A DNA stretch of 63,945 bases, filler included, from Octopus bimaculoides (taxonomy: Eukaryota): NCBI RefSeq assembly GCF_001194135.2. It is 5 parts of 5 records of this genome, joined end to end, with 100 filler letters (N's around TTAATTAATTAA, not from the genome) between each part and the next. Parts side by side here need not be neighbours in the genome. Positions count along the whole stretch, not along the records: positions 18,419 to 50,161 come from NC_069003.1; positions 50,262 to 60,208 come from NC_068981.1; 3 more parts are not named here. One strand, 5' to 3'. Positions 36,916 to 50,274 of this stretch are shown piece after piece. The translations under genes were made by a program, and so were the position numbers. Numbering within the stretch: the first letter of the stretch is position 1; each line of letters begins with the position of its first letter. The notes beneath the pieces were generated by a model that saw nothing but the letters and a program-made list of their open reading frames with translations, was not told where the DNA came from and ran no database searches.

Positions 36916-37985
36916 GTTTAAGACCATACTAAAATTATGCAAATTAATAAACCAAATGGGTGGTCATATGGTTGGTTGTACTGTGCTGTTTTGTTTAATA
37001 ATCGAGCATTGTTTGTTACACATTAATTTGCTATGGAAAAGCATTGTAGTACTAGCCTAGTTACTAGATAAATTAGGATGCAACAAAACGGCTTTACCAA
37101 GTCACTGGCCAATACAAAGATTGGCAAAGAACAGGCGCTCTGAGAAAAACAACCATACTGATGGTTCAGCGAATTCATAGGCTCTCTGAAGGTAACCAAA
37201 TGCTAACAGCAGTGAACACACACAAGCAATTATCTGATGAGATTGACATCAGCTTTACACCACAAACTGTCAGAAACTTCCTAAAAGAATTTGAACTGTT
37301 TGGCTGCATTGCTTGAAAGAAGCTGATAATTTCTGAGATGAACTGGTGGAAGTGGATCAAGTTTGCTAAAACCCATATTGAATGGATGGCTGAAGACTGG
37401 TCTAAAGTTCTTTGGAGCAACGAATCCAGCTTCTGCATCTTTGGATCAGATAGAAAACCTTATGTTAGATGCTGTGCAACTGAAGAATTCCATCCTAAGT
37501 ATGCCAAGAAAATGGCGCAAGCAGGAGGTGGGGGTGGGGGTAATGGCGTGGGCCATGTTCAGCAGCTTAGGTGCTGGTCCAATTGTCAAGGTTGATGGTA
37601 GACTGAACAGTGTGGGATATCTGCAATTCTTAAATGAAAACGTGCTGCCATATTTAAATAATCAGATGCCACTGGGATCTATTTTCCAGCAGGATAATTG
37701 CCCTGTTCATAATGCTAGGAAAGTTTTGCAATATTTTGAGTGCAATAATATGGTGGTTATTGAGTGGCCTCTGCAGAGTCCAGATTTGAATCCAAAAGAA
37801 AATTTATGGAATTATGTTTCTAAAAGACCAACAAACTTGTCCCAATTATGTAATTTTATTGAAGGAATATGGCAGAACATTCCAAGTGATTTTTGTGCTC
37901 ATTTGTTCAACTCCATATCTCACCGTTGTAAGGCCGTAATTGAAAATAATGGCTATGGAACTAGATACTAATAATAAATTTTTGT
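36916..37985 (+). mobile_element. Tc1-family DNA transposon, decayed transposase
   Basis: WSKVLWSNES, IFQQDNCPVH, IEWPLQSPDLNPKENLW (DD34E-type catalytic domain); frameshifted N-terminus. Confidence 0.9.
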
Positions 37986-37989
37986 TTGT

Positions 37990-38318
37990 GTAATGTGAAG
38001 GAGGAAAAAGACTGAAGCAAAGAGAGAATTGCTGTAGTCTTACCTATCGATCTGGAAGGGTCACTCACAATGTCCATGTGCTCTGTCTGCCGCTGTATTG
38101 TCTAACACTGCCAACTGATTGCTCATGCCTTGCTGACCTCACATGTCCACCGTGGCCCTTCTGGTGGGACCTACAGGCCCCATTTCCGACAGGACATGCG
38201 TACTCCCTCACTTCTGGTCCTTCCCTACAACATAGCCTGGCTTATAACACTACACGCCCTCCTGATCTGAAGATCATTCAACCAACCTGCTCACACCCTC
38301 TCCTCAACCCTGACCACA
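37990..38318 (-). repeat. Candidate 3' LTR of the Gypsy-order element
   Basis: Minus strand purine-rich gagaaaagttagggca then TG at 38318; segment ends in CA near 37990. No second LTR was found to confirm it. Confidence 0.35.
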
Positions 38319-41300
38319 TGCCCTAACTTTTCTCATAATCAGCCAACCAGTGAGGAGGGTACCACTCCCTCTGCAACTACCATGGGACTTCAGGACTGGC
38401 CTCAGTTCTGAGCATGTTGCTGCTGGCTTCGTCCTCTTGTCCATTACTGTTGGCTCCATCCTCTATTGCAGTGATGATCCTGCATACATCCAAAACATGA
38501 CGTGGCATGCCATCTATGGACACATTGTTCCTCGAATTGACAGAGGTTATTGTTCCCTTTCCCCAATGTGATGTGCACCGTGCATTTGGGGGTTTAACCC
38601 AGACTTCTTCCCTGACCCGCATAAAGGTATGCTCTTTCTCTTCTGTGGGTTGTGGTGATGCAGTATATGGATGTTTCTATTCATACTTGAAAATTGCCCT
38701 GTGTGGCACTGATTCCTCAACCTGTCCTGGCCTGGATAATATATTATACTGAAAAACAGCCTCGGCCGGTGAAATGTGGCCTCTCTCTGCTATGGTCTTG
38801 GTGTGATGATGCCTCTCCACAACCCCATTGCCACTTGGCCAGTATGCTGCTCTGAAGAAACAGCTAACATGCCACTTGTTGAGCATTTCCACCAGCACTT
38901 CCAAGAGAAATGCAGTGCCATTGTCCACAAGCAGCTCATCCATTGGGCTTTGTTCTAGGAATATCTCAGTATTCTTGTGATTTTCTCCGTAGTCCCCATC
39001 TTCATCTCCCTCCATATGGCCAACCACTCTGATCCACAATCGAATATTGAGACATATGTCCCCCTGTTAGTAGTGCATCAGGTCCACTGCCAGCCATTTC
39101 CAGTTGTGTTCCACTGGAATGCTTCCTTCCTCATGCACATCTGGAGTGGGGTCAATGGACTGGCACCTGTTGCAGCTCCCAACTACTCTCTGCACACTCT
39201 GCCTGGTCATGTCAGAGTCAACTTTCCTGGCTAGGAACAGGGTCCTGTCCACACCCATGTGAATCATGGTATGCAGTCTCCTCAGCTCCAAGTCATTCGG
39301 TCAACACACTGCCGCTACTCCTTGCTCCAGATCCTCCAGCACCTACAACCAGGCTTCTTTACTCTGGTCAGGATGTCCTCTCAGTTCCTCTCAGAGGGTA
39401 CAAAAACCACACTCAGCCTCAGGTCAAACTCGGTGTCTTATCAGCATTTCTGTGCCTCTTTTGGTTTGCACCCTCCACTCGCCGGTGATCACATCTAAGT
39501 ACAGTGGCTGAATTGGTTCGGGTCTCAATGGTATGCAGCCCCCACCTCAGGGCCAGGTTCAGCCCCTTCAACATGGCATCCAGCTCCGCCACGTTGATGT
39601 GGTTGCAGTCATCCTTCTTCCCGAGCCAGGCTGCATCCTCCATCACGACACCTCTAATTTCCAGGACAACTCCCATTGCTATGCTGCTGGCATTGCACCA
39701 CACGATCCCCTTCTTCAATTTGGGCCCATACCAGTTTCCTCTTACTGGGTCCTCTGCCATCACTCTCTCCAAGACTTCTTGCATCATGGCAGTTGTCTTC
39801 TCACTCATGTTGTCACTCNNNNNNNNNNTCATGGCAGTTGTCTTCTCACTCATGTTGTCACTCCACCTCACTCCTTCAGCTCGCCTCTTGATGAAGCTGC
39901 ATGCCGTCCGGAGCCATCCTACAATCGGGTAGTGTCCCAGCAGCTTCCCACACACAGAAAACAGTTCCCGCCTTCTTGTCTTGGAGCCCAGTTCTGGTTC
40001 TCATTCCCTCTCTGAAACACCAACGCGCCGGCCTTGTCTCTCTGTAGCTTAAGTCCCAGTGCAGCTCTTCCTTCCATCGCCTCCAGTGGTTTGGCAGTTA
40101 GCCCAAAACTCTTCAAGTGGCTTATGATCTCCTTTGCCAACACTATACTCTCATCCACCAGGATGTCATCAATATAGGAATCGGTGGCTCTTTTCACTTT
40201 GTCTGCCTTTCCCAGGATGGTTTTGAGAATTGTTGCAATAATCTTCGGTGCTGAATTTAGCCTGAATCCCAACCTGGTCAGGCAGTATGTCTGACCCTTA
40301 TACTTTACTAGCTGATATTTCCACAGTCTCTCAGCCACATGTAGCTGCAGGTATACTGACTTTAAATCGAGGATTGTGGAGGTCCCTGTCATCTACCTCC
40401 ACTCTCTCAAGGTTTCACTACAAATGTCTGTAGTTTTGCCACCCGTATGACACAATATGTTTGTGCAGCTCTTGGAAATCTAATACTGGCCTGACTTTAT
40501 GCTTCATTGGCTGCACCACTGCCATCAGTGGTAGCACTCTACTCTCTACTTCCTCCTTCCAATGAATCAGAATACCTTCCTTGATCCACTGTTCCACCTC
40601 TCCCTCAAACTCACTTCTGGCATCCCCTTTCAGGGTATGCTGATAGCAGCCTACTGCATTTTTCAATGTCGGAGGATCTCCCTTTCAGTGCCATTCCATT
40701 GTCTGCTGTTGGCCATCGAACACAGCCTTAAAATCCTTTCTGTAATGGTGTGTGCAGCATATTTTTCTTCGCAGCTCTCACCACTCTCCTGTCGCGGACT
40801 CAGGGCGCATAGTACCCCCACATCACCGAATGTTACACCAGCTTCATTGACCATGACACCTCCCAAACAGACAATGGTGTCTATCTCCATCACCACATCG
40901 ACTCTGTCCACCACACAGTCGATCAAGATTGCGCTCAACCTCAAACTCGTTCCTCATACTACCATCTCCACATCACTATCTCCTCTGCATTCAACTTCCA
41001 TACCATCAACAGCCCTTACACTACTCACTCCACTCCATTCTTCCACCACCTTCAGAGTCATTAGGGCTCATGACACCTTTCCGTTCACCACGAAAGCTAT
41101 TACTGGCAACAACCGTATACGTGCTTCTATTCTTTTGACAGGACGACTACCGGCGCAGTAGTTTCCCTTAGACTGTTTCCTTGAACGCATTCATTAGTGA
41201 TGTGGCCTGTTTGTCTACATCGATAGCAAATTACTCCAGGCCTAGGTTCCTTGCAGTCTCTTACCATGTGCAAACCCTGACTCCGAAAACACTGCCCTTG

Positions 41301-41625
41301 TTCTACCCCTCTCTTCTCCTCTTTGTTTGACCCCTCCTTGTTGTTGCAGTCACTGCTAAAGGTGTCATCCTGCAACACGAGGTGTCTCTGGCCTGAGATA
41401 TAACCTCTCCCATCGCCATGGAGTGAATATTCTGCAGCTTTTGCAGTTCAACCGACATGGGGTCAGGAAACCCTTTCACAAATGCTAATTTAACTGTTTG
41501 TTCCAATGCGTTATCCCTGTATCCCTCAAGTCTGGTCAATCTCCTGATTTCGTTGACAAACACATCGACCTGTTTACCCGTCCACTTTGCTTTTCTCAGT
41601 CCCATAGAACTCCCTATCTGTTGTG
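37990..41625 (-). mobile_element. Gypsy-order LTR retrotransposon remnant (gag-PR-RT-RNaseH-INT), many frameshifts
   Basis: Gag with CYRCRQTGHITNEC knuckle; RT LDLKSVYLQ..LTRLGFRLNSAP..SYIDD; RNase H WCNASSIAMG..HINVAELDA; integrase HMGVDRT..CNRC..VDNGTAF..SGNGVVER. Domain order RT-RH-INT. Confidence 0.88.
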
Positions 41626-41650
41626 CCGTAAAATTTCCAATTTAAACAAA

Positions 41651-41673
41651 ATAATGTTGGTATGGTCTTAAAC
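41651..41673 (-). repeat. Probable part of the right Tc1 TIR
   Basis: ataatgttggtatggtcttaaac is the reverse complement of 36916-36938 at 21 of 23 positions. Confidence 0.55.
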
Positions 41674-42115
41674 TTATTTTGCCGACAATTTTTAATCATT
41701 TGAATTCATTGTGCATTATAATTATTCAAATTGTAGAAAGACATATGACGCCTATATCATTCAAAAGAGGAAAAAGTTCTACATAAACTGTAAAAAGCAA
41801 AATAATTGTATACAGTTTTGTTAAAAATAAACTAATGAAGGAATAGAACTGTCATCATCAGTCTTAGACTTATTTTGGCCAATGTATGTATGTAAATATA
41901 TATCATTATCTCTATCATCATCAGTTTCCTTATCATTGTTTTAATTTTTGCATTCTAACAGAACTTGTTGAGATGAATTTTCTACAGCTGTTCATCCTTC
42001 CTGTCACCAGCCTTCACCTGTTTTGAAGCAAACATATTTCCCCATGATCAGATGTTTCACAAAAGATTATCTACAATTATCATGTAATGTCAAGGCAAGG
42101 AGCCACTCTAATATA

Positions 42116-42153
<38 letters not shown>

Positions 42154-43280
42154 TGTATACACAGAGAGAGAAACACACATGCACAACAGTTTTCCTTCAT
42201 TTTCTGTTTACCAAATCAATTCACAAGCAATGGTCAGCTTGAGGCTATGATAGAAGACACTTGGGCAAGAACCCGTGTAATGGGACTGAACCCAAACCAT
42301 GTGGTTGAGAAGTAAACTTCTTATCACTCAGCCATGTCTGCATATTTTCAGTATTATTTTTTTTAATTCATGTTTATTATGGACTTCCTGTAACACATGT
42401 GCAATGATATACAGTAACCTTTTTTTATACTGTCCCTGGTTGGTATGAAGTGTTCATGACTGGACTACAGTTTATGAGAAGTTACTTATGTTAAGTAACT
42501 TCTTATTTGAATTTCTACTTGGCAATCATTGCATGTTCAAATATCACTTCAACTTCACTTCCTATTTACGTGTCATATAAACCATTCAAAAATGTTCATT
42601 TCTTTTTTCTTACACATTGTATTATCATCAATAGTGCGTGTTATCTTCCTGCTTCTTTTATACTAATAATATTTTGTTTTAAGCTTGTTTCAGTTGCTGG
42701 CAACGTTTTGTGTTGAAACTTCTTCCATAGTAGGATTCACTCTTATTATTACAGCTTAGGTTTCACTGTCTTATTTCAGTTAATATTCTTCATTTATTGA
42801 TTATTGTTTTTTTTAATATTAAATGCACTTTCTGTTGGCAACTGCTTTGCAATATTTCATCTTAAAGCCTATCTGCTTTAAATTTTACATTTTCAACTAT
42901 TACATGCTTTGCCAGTGTTCTACTAAGAATTAATATTTCATTGCTTTAACAATGGTAAATATACTTTTTGTATTTTTCTTTTTAACATAAATAATACTAA
43001 ATAATACATTTCTATTAAATATCTACACATTGGCTTGCTTCACTTCACTTTCATTTTGTTTGTAATACTACTTGATTATATAATTGCATGTTTCATATAA
43101 ATAAACAATACACTTCTTTCGTTTGCATCAAAAGGGTAGCACTAATGTGAATGAGATGGGCTAAATTTTTCACTTCATATTAATGTAGATAGGATAACAG
43201 TATTTATGATGATATTGTGTTTAGTAATGAAGACTAACTGTATTAGAAATTCATCAAAGTGAGTGTGTGTGTGTGTATGC

Positions 43281-43333
<53 letters not shown>

Positions 43334-44176
43334 TATAAATTTATTGGCAGTATTTAAGCAGTAATCTTTCATTGCTTTATAAAATGCACATTCTTTTAAC
43401 ATAACTGCATTTCATCATATAGCCCTATTTTATGTTTTCCACTGTTGAAGTTTGAGTTTCCCCCCAGTTGCTTGTCTTGCCAGTGTTCTTCCCACATTCA
43501 TTACATATTTACACATATACACTATAGAAATATACAATACATTGATATCAAATCAATGTAAAACATGCTATCTTAAAGATAGTGTATGTATGTATGTATG
43601 CATGCATGTATTTATTTTTATTTATTTGTTGTAAATGTAGCAGATAAAATAAAAAAGAGAAAACAACAAAGGAGGGACAAGTTTTAACAAATAACATATT
43701 AGTTCAGTGTTTAAAAGATAAGAGAGAAAGATCTTTTTTGTTTCAAACATTAGTCTTTCATCAAAAAAGAAACAAATAAAGCAGAGTAATGTGAGAAAAA
43801 GAAAATAAGAAAAGGAAGAAAACGAGTCAGGGATTAGCAGCTAGGTGGGAATGCAGTTCTATGGGAGGGAGTTAAGGATGGAGGGGATGCAGATGTATAG
43901 GGGTGTAATCCATGTTTTATATATGCATATGTATGTGTGTCTCTTTGTGCTTATTTTCCACCACCGCCAATTCACAACCGCTACTGGTTTGTTTACATCC
44001 TGTTACATAGTGGTTCTGCAAAAAGGGCCAATAAAATAAGTACCAGTATAAACCAATAAGTATTGGGGATGTGTATTTGTTTGACTAAACCCTTCAAGCC
44101 AGTGCTCCAGCATGACTGCAGTGAAAATGACTGAATCAAGTTAAAGAAAAGCAATAAGAGAAGGAGCAATACCAAC

Positions 44177-44288
44177 CTTTATTCCTGATCTCAACTATCG
44201 CTTTATCTCTGACCTCTGTACTTGGGAAGTCAACAGCACAGTATGTACCGATACCTCGGGCATTTTGAAGAACTCCTGGGTAGTCATT
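44177..44288 (-). CDS. ABAT: 112-nt internal exon of a 4-aminobutyrate aminotransferase (GABA transaminase)-like gene, near the C-terminus
   Basis: Acceptor ctcttttcaattctatAG, donor AAAG|GTTGGT. Translation NDYPGVLQNARGIGTYCAVDFPSTEVRDKAIVEIRNK(G) matches my recollection of vertebrate ABAT [36 protein letters not shown]. Confidence 0.8.
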
Positions 44289-44479
44289 CTATAGAATTGA
44301 AAAGAGTATACCACATTTTATATAATGGTAACATTAAATCTGTAATATTTATACATTATTGAAAAACGCACAAACACATATATTCAGCTCTTTATGTCTT
44401 GAAAGATGATCTAAGCAGTGGAGAATGTCTTAAGTATTCATATTCTTCTTCTTTAGTGAGTAAAGGAGTCAAACATATA

Positions 44480-44760
44480 TATTATTGTTTTACTTGTTTA
44501 AGTCATTACACTGCAGCCATTCTGGGGCACTGCTTTGAAGTATTTTTAGTTGAATGAATCAACCACAGTACTTGCTTTTTTAAAGCCTGGTACATCTGTT
44601 GGTCTCTTTTACCAAACTGCTAAGTTATGGGAGCATAAACACATCTGGTTATCAAGCAGTGGTGATGACAAACACAGACACACACATGAATGTATGTGCA
44701 TGTGCACACATGTAACGGGCTTGTTTTCAGTTTCCATCTACCAACTGAGATGCCAGCACA
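44480..44760 (-). mobile_element. SINE family B, partial
   Basis: Homology to other copies. Confidence 0.75.
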
Positions 44761-44764
44761 TTGA

Positions 44765-44950
44765 CAAAAGTAAAGCCACTAACTTGGCTAGCCACATATG
44801 GTGTTTGAAGACCATGCCACATGGAATCAAGTGGAAAATCAAAAAAAAGTTCATTCCATATGTCAATGAATTTAAGAAATGCAACTCATGCAGAGCTGAA
44901 AGATCACATATCCTTTTCAGAGCTAAGAATTCTACTACATTGCTACACTG
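44765..44950 (+). pseudogene. PLE GIY-YIG C-terminal fragment (Penelope/Poseidon-like)
   Basis: ATNLASHIWCLK...IKWKI....PY...KKCNSCRAERSHIL. Confidence 0.65.
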
Positions 44951-46179
44951 CTGAACTTCAGATCAGAAATTTTCAGCAAATGCAAGCATATAGCTAAATT
45001 TCTTTTGGCAATTTGGAAGACCCCTGCCCCTCTAGAATGAGTAGGTGTGTTGCTGACTTTGGAGCCTTTCTCCATTCATTCATTGTACAACTAGCTTTAT
45101 TACAGCTTTACCACGAAAAGGGACATAACTCCATATTTTTTCTTTTCTTTTTCCATTTTTTCTTGTCTAGACTACATTTCCAATGCATAAAAAACTATTA
45201 GTAGCTTGTAACTGTATACAGTCAACATTAAGTTTATATATACAAATATATATGTATGTATGTATGTGTCTGTGTGTGTGGAGAGAGACAGAGAGAGAGA
45301 GAGTGAGAGAGAGTTTTTGAAGTGATGTAAAGATATTGTATATTGAGAATAATAAGGTAGTTAGAATGTTGGATGATTATATATAATTTTATTTACATTT
45401 TCAGCACTTTCTTCCGTTATTGAATTTATCAAAAATGTGGTTTATAGTAAGTTTGCTTCATCTTTTTACATAAAATTGAAACTGATGATGTTTTAGAAAG
45501 AGAGAGAAAGAGAGGTGGGGAGAAACAGAGAGGGGAAAAGAGAGGAACAAATTAGAATGGAAGGTACAGGGGTGAGAGACAAGGGGAGAGTGGGAGATAT
45601 TGAAGATAGAGAAGACAGAGAAAATAGAGAAGAGTAGAAGGAGTGTTTTGGGGGTTTGCAAAGGAAGGGACAAGAAAGAAAAAGTTGCTTGATTAGGATT
45701 CAATATGGTGTTTATTTTCCTTTTTAGTGACCTTTTGGGTGGGGAAGGAAAGGAATTTTTTGTATTCAAGTGGTCAAGGTTTGTAATTGGAAGACCAGAT
45801 GTTTTTGATTTTCTCCAGTAGAAATTATTACATTTCAAGGTCTTGCTTTTTTAATTCTTTTGTATTCATTAATGTAAGGGGGAGAGAATGGTTGTATGGA
45901 TGTGGTCAAATTTTCTGATTAAAATTCAGATGTTATTTTTGATTTAGATGTGTATGGCTACGTTTTTGAAAGAGTGATTTTAAAGTAAGTATAAGTATGA
46001 TTTTAAATACAATCTGAAAAAAGTGTAAGTGTGAGAAAGCATTTCTCAATTATAAATATGATCTGAATTTCTTAAAAAAATTATAAATATGTTAAGCCCT
46101 CCAACCCCAAGTCTAGCTACCAACAGACTGTCCTCCACTATCCATGATCTCATCTCCTCTTCCCTACTTACCACAGTAA

Positions 46180-46290
46180 ATAGCTTGGATCTGGGTTCAC
46201 TCCTACTGCATGGCACCGGGTAAGTGTCTTCTACTATAGCCTCAGGCTGACCAAAGTCTACCAAAGCCTTGTGAGTGGATTTGGTAGACG

Positions 46291-46332
<42 letters not shown>

Positions 46333-46747
46333 TCATCATCATCATCATCATCNNNNNNNNNNNNNNNNNNNNNNNNNNNNNNNNNNNNNNNNNNNNNNNN
46401 NNNNNNNNNNNNNNNNNNNNNNNNNNNNNNNNNNNNNNNNNNNNNNNNNNNNNNNNNNNNNNNNNNNNNNNNNNNNNNNNNNNNNNNNNNNNNNNNNNNN
46501 NNNNNNNNNNNNNNNNNNNNNNNNNNNNNNNNNNNNNNNNNNNNNNNNNNNNNNNNNNNNNNNNNNNNNNNNNNNNNNNNNNNNNNNNNNNNNNNNNNNN
46601 NNNNNNNNNNNNNNNNNNNNNNNNNNNNNNNNNNNNNNNNNNNNNNNNNNNNNNNNNNNNNNNNNNNNNNNNNNNNNNNNNNNNNNNNNNNNNNNNNNNN
46701 NNNNNNNNNNNNNNNNNNNNNNNNNNNNNNNNNNNNNNNNNNNNNNN

Positions 46748-46793
<46 letters not shown>

Positions 46794-47020
46794 TATACAC
46801 ATGTATGTGTGTGTATATGTTTGTGTGTCTGTGTTTGTCCCCCAACATCGTTTGACACCTGATGCTGGTGTGTTTACATCCCCGTTACTTACCAGTTCGG
46901 CAAAAGAGACTGATAGAATAAATACTAGGCTTACAAAGAATAAGTCCTGGGGTCAATTTGCTCAACTAAAGGTGGTGCTCCAGTATAACTGCAGTTAAAT
47001 GACTGAAACGAATAAAAGAA
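46180..47020 (+). mobile_element. SINE family B split by microsatellite and N gap
   Basis: Head at 46180-46290, 3' body at 46825-47015. Confidence 0.75.
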
Positions 47021-47110
47021 TGATCTGTGTTCCTTGAATTTTCCTTATCTACATATTTCCAAATCAACCATTTAATTTTGGTGAGAACTTCTTCATGAAA
47101 TATGGTTCCA

Positions 47111-48560
47111 TTATCTTTCAGAAGTTTGAGTCATTCCTTGAACATTTGTAGGAGAAGATCTTGAATTTTCCTTTCCACATATTTCCAAATGCTTGCTCAG
47201 TGAACTTTTCCATAGTTCCTCTTGTCGGATTTGCTGTCTGTGGATTCTTACACATTGGCAAAGGGAATTTTTGGTTTCACCAATATAATTCTCCTTGCAT
47301 CTGGGGCAAATAATGCAGTAGATGAGATTTTGTGTCTTGCATTTCATATTTGCATTTATGTTGAATGAGAATCCACTCTTAAATTTTATGTGGGTGTTGC
47401 CATCTATATATTTGAAGTTATTGTTGCTGTTGTATATTCCATCTCTACTATTTCCATTATTTATTAGTTTCACCGGGTATTTTTGTTCTTGTAGGAAGTT
47501 TTTAAGTTCATCAAATCTAATTTGGCATATTTGTGGATTAATTACTATGGTGCAAATGCATCTTGCCATATTGTATGGGATGTTTCTTTTGATGTGTGAG
47601 GGGTGGCATGAGTAGAAATTCAAATATTGGTGTGTGTCTGTTCATTTGTAAAATATGTCTGTTGTAACAGTGGAATTGTGTATTTTGATGTGAATGTTTA
47701 GGAATGGTAGTTCATTGTAGCTTGTTTCTGTTGTGAATTTGATAGATGGATGCAGTGTGTTGAGGATGTTGTAAAATGTATGTAGGTCTTCTTTTGATCT
47801 ATCCCAAAAAATGTAAGTTATCAAGGTAGATTTTTCCTACTTCCTCTAGGTTGGCATATGTAGGTGCAAATTTTGTACCTATAAGCCCAACCCTTTATCT
47901 ATTGGTATATCCTATTATCAAATCTGAAGGTGTTTTCTTCTAGTACTAGACAAGTGATGAAGTCTGTTTTGAAATGTTCATCTATACATCTTCTGTGTCT
48001 CTCTACCCAGTGTTCGACTGCCTCCAGGCCCAAGGTATGAGATATGTTGGTATAGAGGTTAGTGACGTCAAAACTTGCAAGGATAGTATCTTCTGGGACA
48101 GTAGTTGGGATATGTTTGAGAAAGTCCTTGTCATCCCGTATGTAACTGGGTATTAATGGGCATAAGGGTTTGAGGAGTATATTCAAGAAGTGATTCAGTT
48201 GTTGTATTGGGGCTTGAGACCCAGCAACTATCAGTCTCATTTTGAGGTCTGTGGGTCTTTGTATTTTTACGTATTGGCTCCTCTGTTCAATTATGACCCT
48301 CTGTATCTTGGAGTTTTTGTGGATTTGGGGCAATCCATAGAAATTGCTCTCTTTGATTATGGGGGTTGCATAAATAATCTTTTTCCTTGTCTGTGAAGGA
48401 ATCCTGGTATTGGCTGATTAATGTTCTGATTTTATTTAGTGTTGCTTTTCCCGGGTTTCATGATTCTTCCTCATAGTATGTTTGAGCTGTTAAAATTTCT
48501 AGTATTTTTATTTGTAGTAGTGTGTGTCCATGATTACTATCACTCCACCCTTGTCGGCTT
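47111..48560 (-). pseudogene. Decayed Neptune-like PLE related to 34528-36033
   Basis: ILASFDVTNLYTNI, ELPFLNI, SCHPSHIKRNIPYNMA, NLIYCIICPRCKENYIGET; multiple frameshifts. Confidence 0.85.
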
Positions 48561-48759
48561 CCTTTAGGATTACTGAATTGTCGTTCTGTAGGCTTTGTAA
48601 AGCTACCTTGGTTTTGTTTGCATTTATGGGTACTGAGAGGGAATTTTGAGATTGTTTCTATATATGTATCTAAGTGTTTGTCGCTCCTCTCATATGGGGT
48701 GAAATGAGATATTTTTCTTCCAATTGATTTGTCCTTTACTTTCTTATTGTTGAAGAATT

Positions 48760-48800
<41 letters not shown>

Positions 48801-49079
48801 ATATAAGGATATCGAATCTCTCCAAAATACACACCCTCGACCACCTTCTCCCGCTCTATCTTTTTCTCCTCTCTTTCACCTTCCTATGCACATTCCATTC
48901 TATGCTTCATAATCCATTTAAATCATATTTTCTACGAATTTCTCGCTCACACTAAACAATGTAAACTCCACTCACTCCTTCATTCCGTCACACCCGATGC
49001 CACTTCTTCCCCGATACACTTCTCCCTCATCCTTACCCTAACCCTTCCGTTACTCCAATCCCCACACACTTACTCTCTC

Positions 49080-50075
49080 CTCTCTCGGCTGAAGCTCTCC
49101 ACCAACTTCAAGACACCTCCTTCTATAGTCCTCTGCCCTCCAACCCCATGCCTAGCTACCAACTGACTGTCCTCCACTATCCATGACCTCATCTCTTCCT
49201 CCTGTCTCCCTCCCACTGCCTCCAACTGCATTGTCTGCACACCACACACCCCTACTATTTACTTCCTTCCCCAAATTCACAAGTCCAACAACTTTGGCTG
49301 CCCCATCATTTCCGCCTGTAACTGCCCCATAGATATGACCTTGAAATACCGCGAACATGTCCTTGCCTCCTTAGTGGCTTCCATTCCCTCCCACATCCAC
49401 GACACTAACCATGCTCTCCGTCTTTTCAATTCTTTCTCATGGCTCCTCTAAATTTCTCTTCACTCTTGATATCAAGTCTATATACAGTGATCCCACACAA
49501 CGAAGGACTTCTTGCCTTCAAACACTTCCTAGACCTTCGACCTAACCTCCAATCTAACATGTCCACACTTTGTCTGGCCGAACCAGTTCTCTCCCTCAAC
49601 TGCTTCTTGTTTGCGGGGTAGTTTTACCAACAAATCTTGGGAGTGGCAATGGGAATTAGAATGGGCCCCAACTATGTGAACCTGTTCGTTGGCTATGCTG
49701 AGGCCCAAATATTTTCAAGATTCACTGGTCCCACTCCCAAACTATATGGTCGTTATATTGATGACTGTATCGGTGCGACCTCACTCTCCCATGAACAACT
49801 AGACTCCTTCCTCTTTTTTGTCCTCCTTCAAATGAGCCCACAACCTGCGTGACCTCCTGGTCCACAGTTTCTTCCCTAACCCCACCTCCCAACCTGGCTC
49901 GTTCCCCTGCTCCCGCCTGTACTGCCGCACTTGCCCCAACCTCTCCAACACCACCATCTTCACAGGCACCCATCATCGTCCCTATCATATCACTGACTCC
50001 TTTACCTGCATTCTAGCAATGTCATTTACTGCATCTCCTGCTCTTTCTGCCCTTCTTTGTACATTGGTCAAATGA
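49080..50075 (+). pseudogene. Decayed, internally deleted Neptune-like PLE; short duplicate at ~46095-46170
   Basis: GVAMGIRMGPNYVNLFVG..YGRYIDDCIG, FPCSRLYCRTC, SNVIYCISCSFCPSLYIGQ. Confidence 0.8.
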
Positions 50076-50125
50076 ATATAATGTCAGCTACTTCATTCTT
50101 CATATTAATATATATATATATACAT

Positions 50126-50161
<36 letters not shown>

Positions 50162-50261
50162 NNNNNNNNNNNNNNNNNNNNNNNNNNNNNNNNNNNNNNN
50201 NNNNNTTAATTAATTAANNNNNNNNNNNNNNNNNNNNNNNNNNNNNNNNNNNNNNNNNNNN
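50162..50261. other. Artificial scaffold spacer
   Basis: N44-TTAATTAATTAA-N44. Confidence 0.95.
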
Positions 50262-50274
50262 GGGGAAGGGAACG

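Noticed and set aside
37222-37280. CTGATGA..tgaca/tgtca..GAAAC inside the Tc1
   Set aside because: Lies in transposase coding sequence and lacks stems I and III.
43175-43260. Last ABAT exon (LVFITKHNIIINTVILSTLI*)
   Set aside because: Lacks the conserved GCG..SIR.RP motif and has no phase-compatible acceptor.
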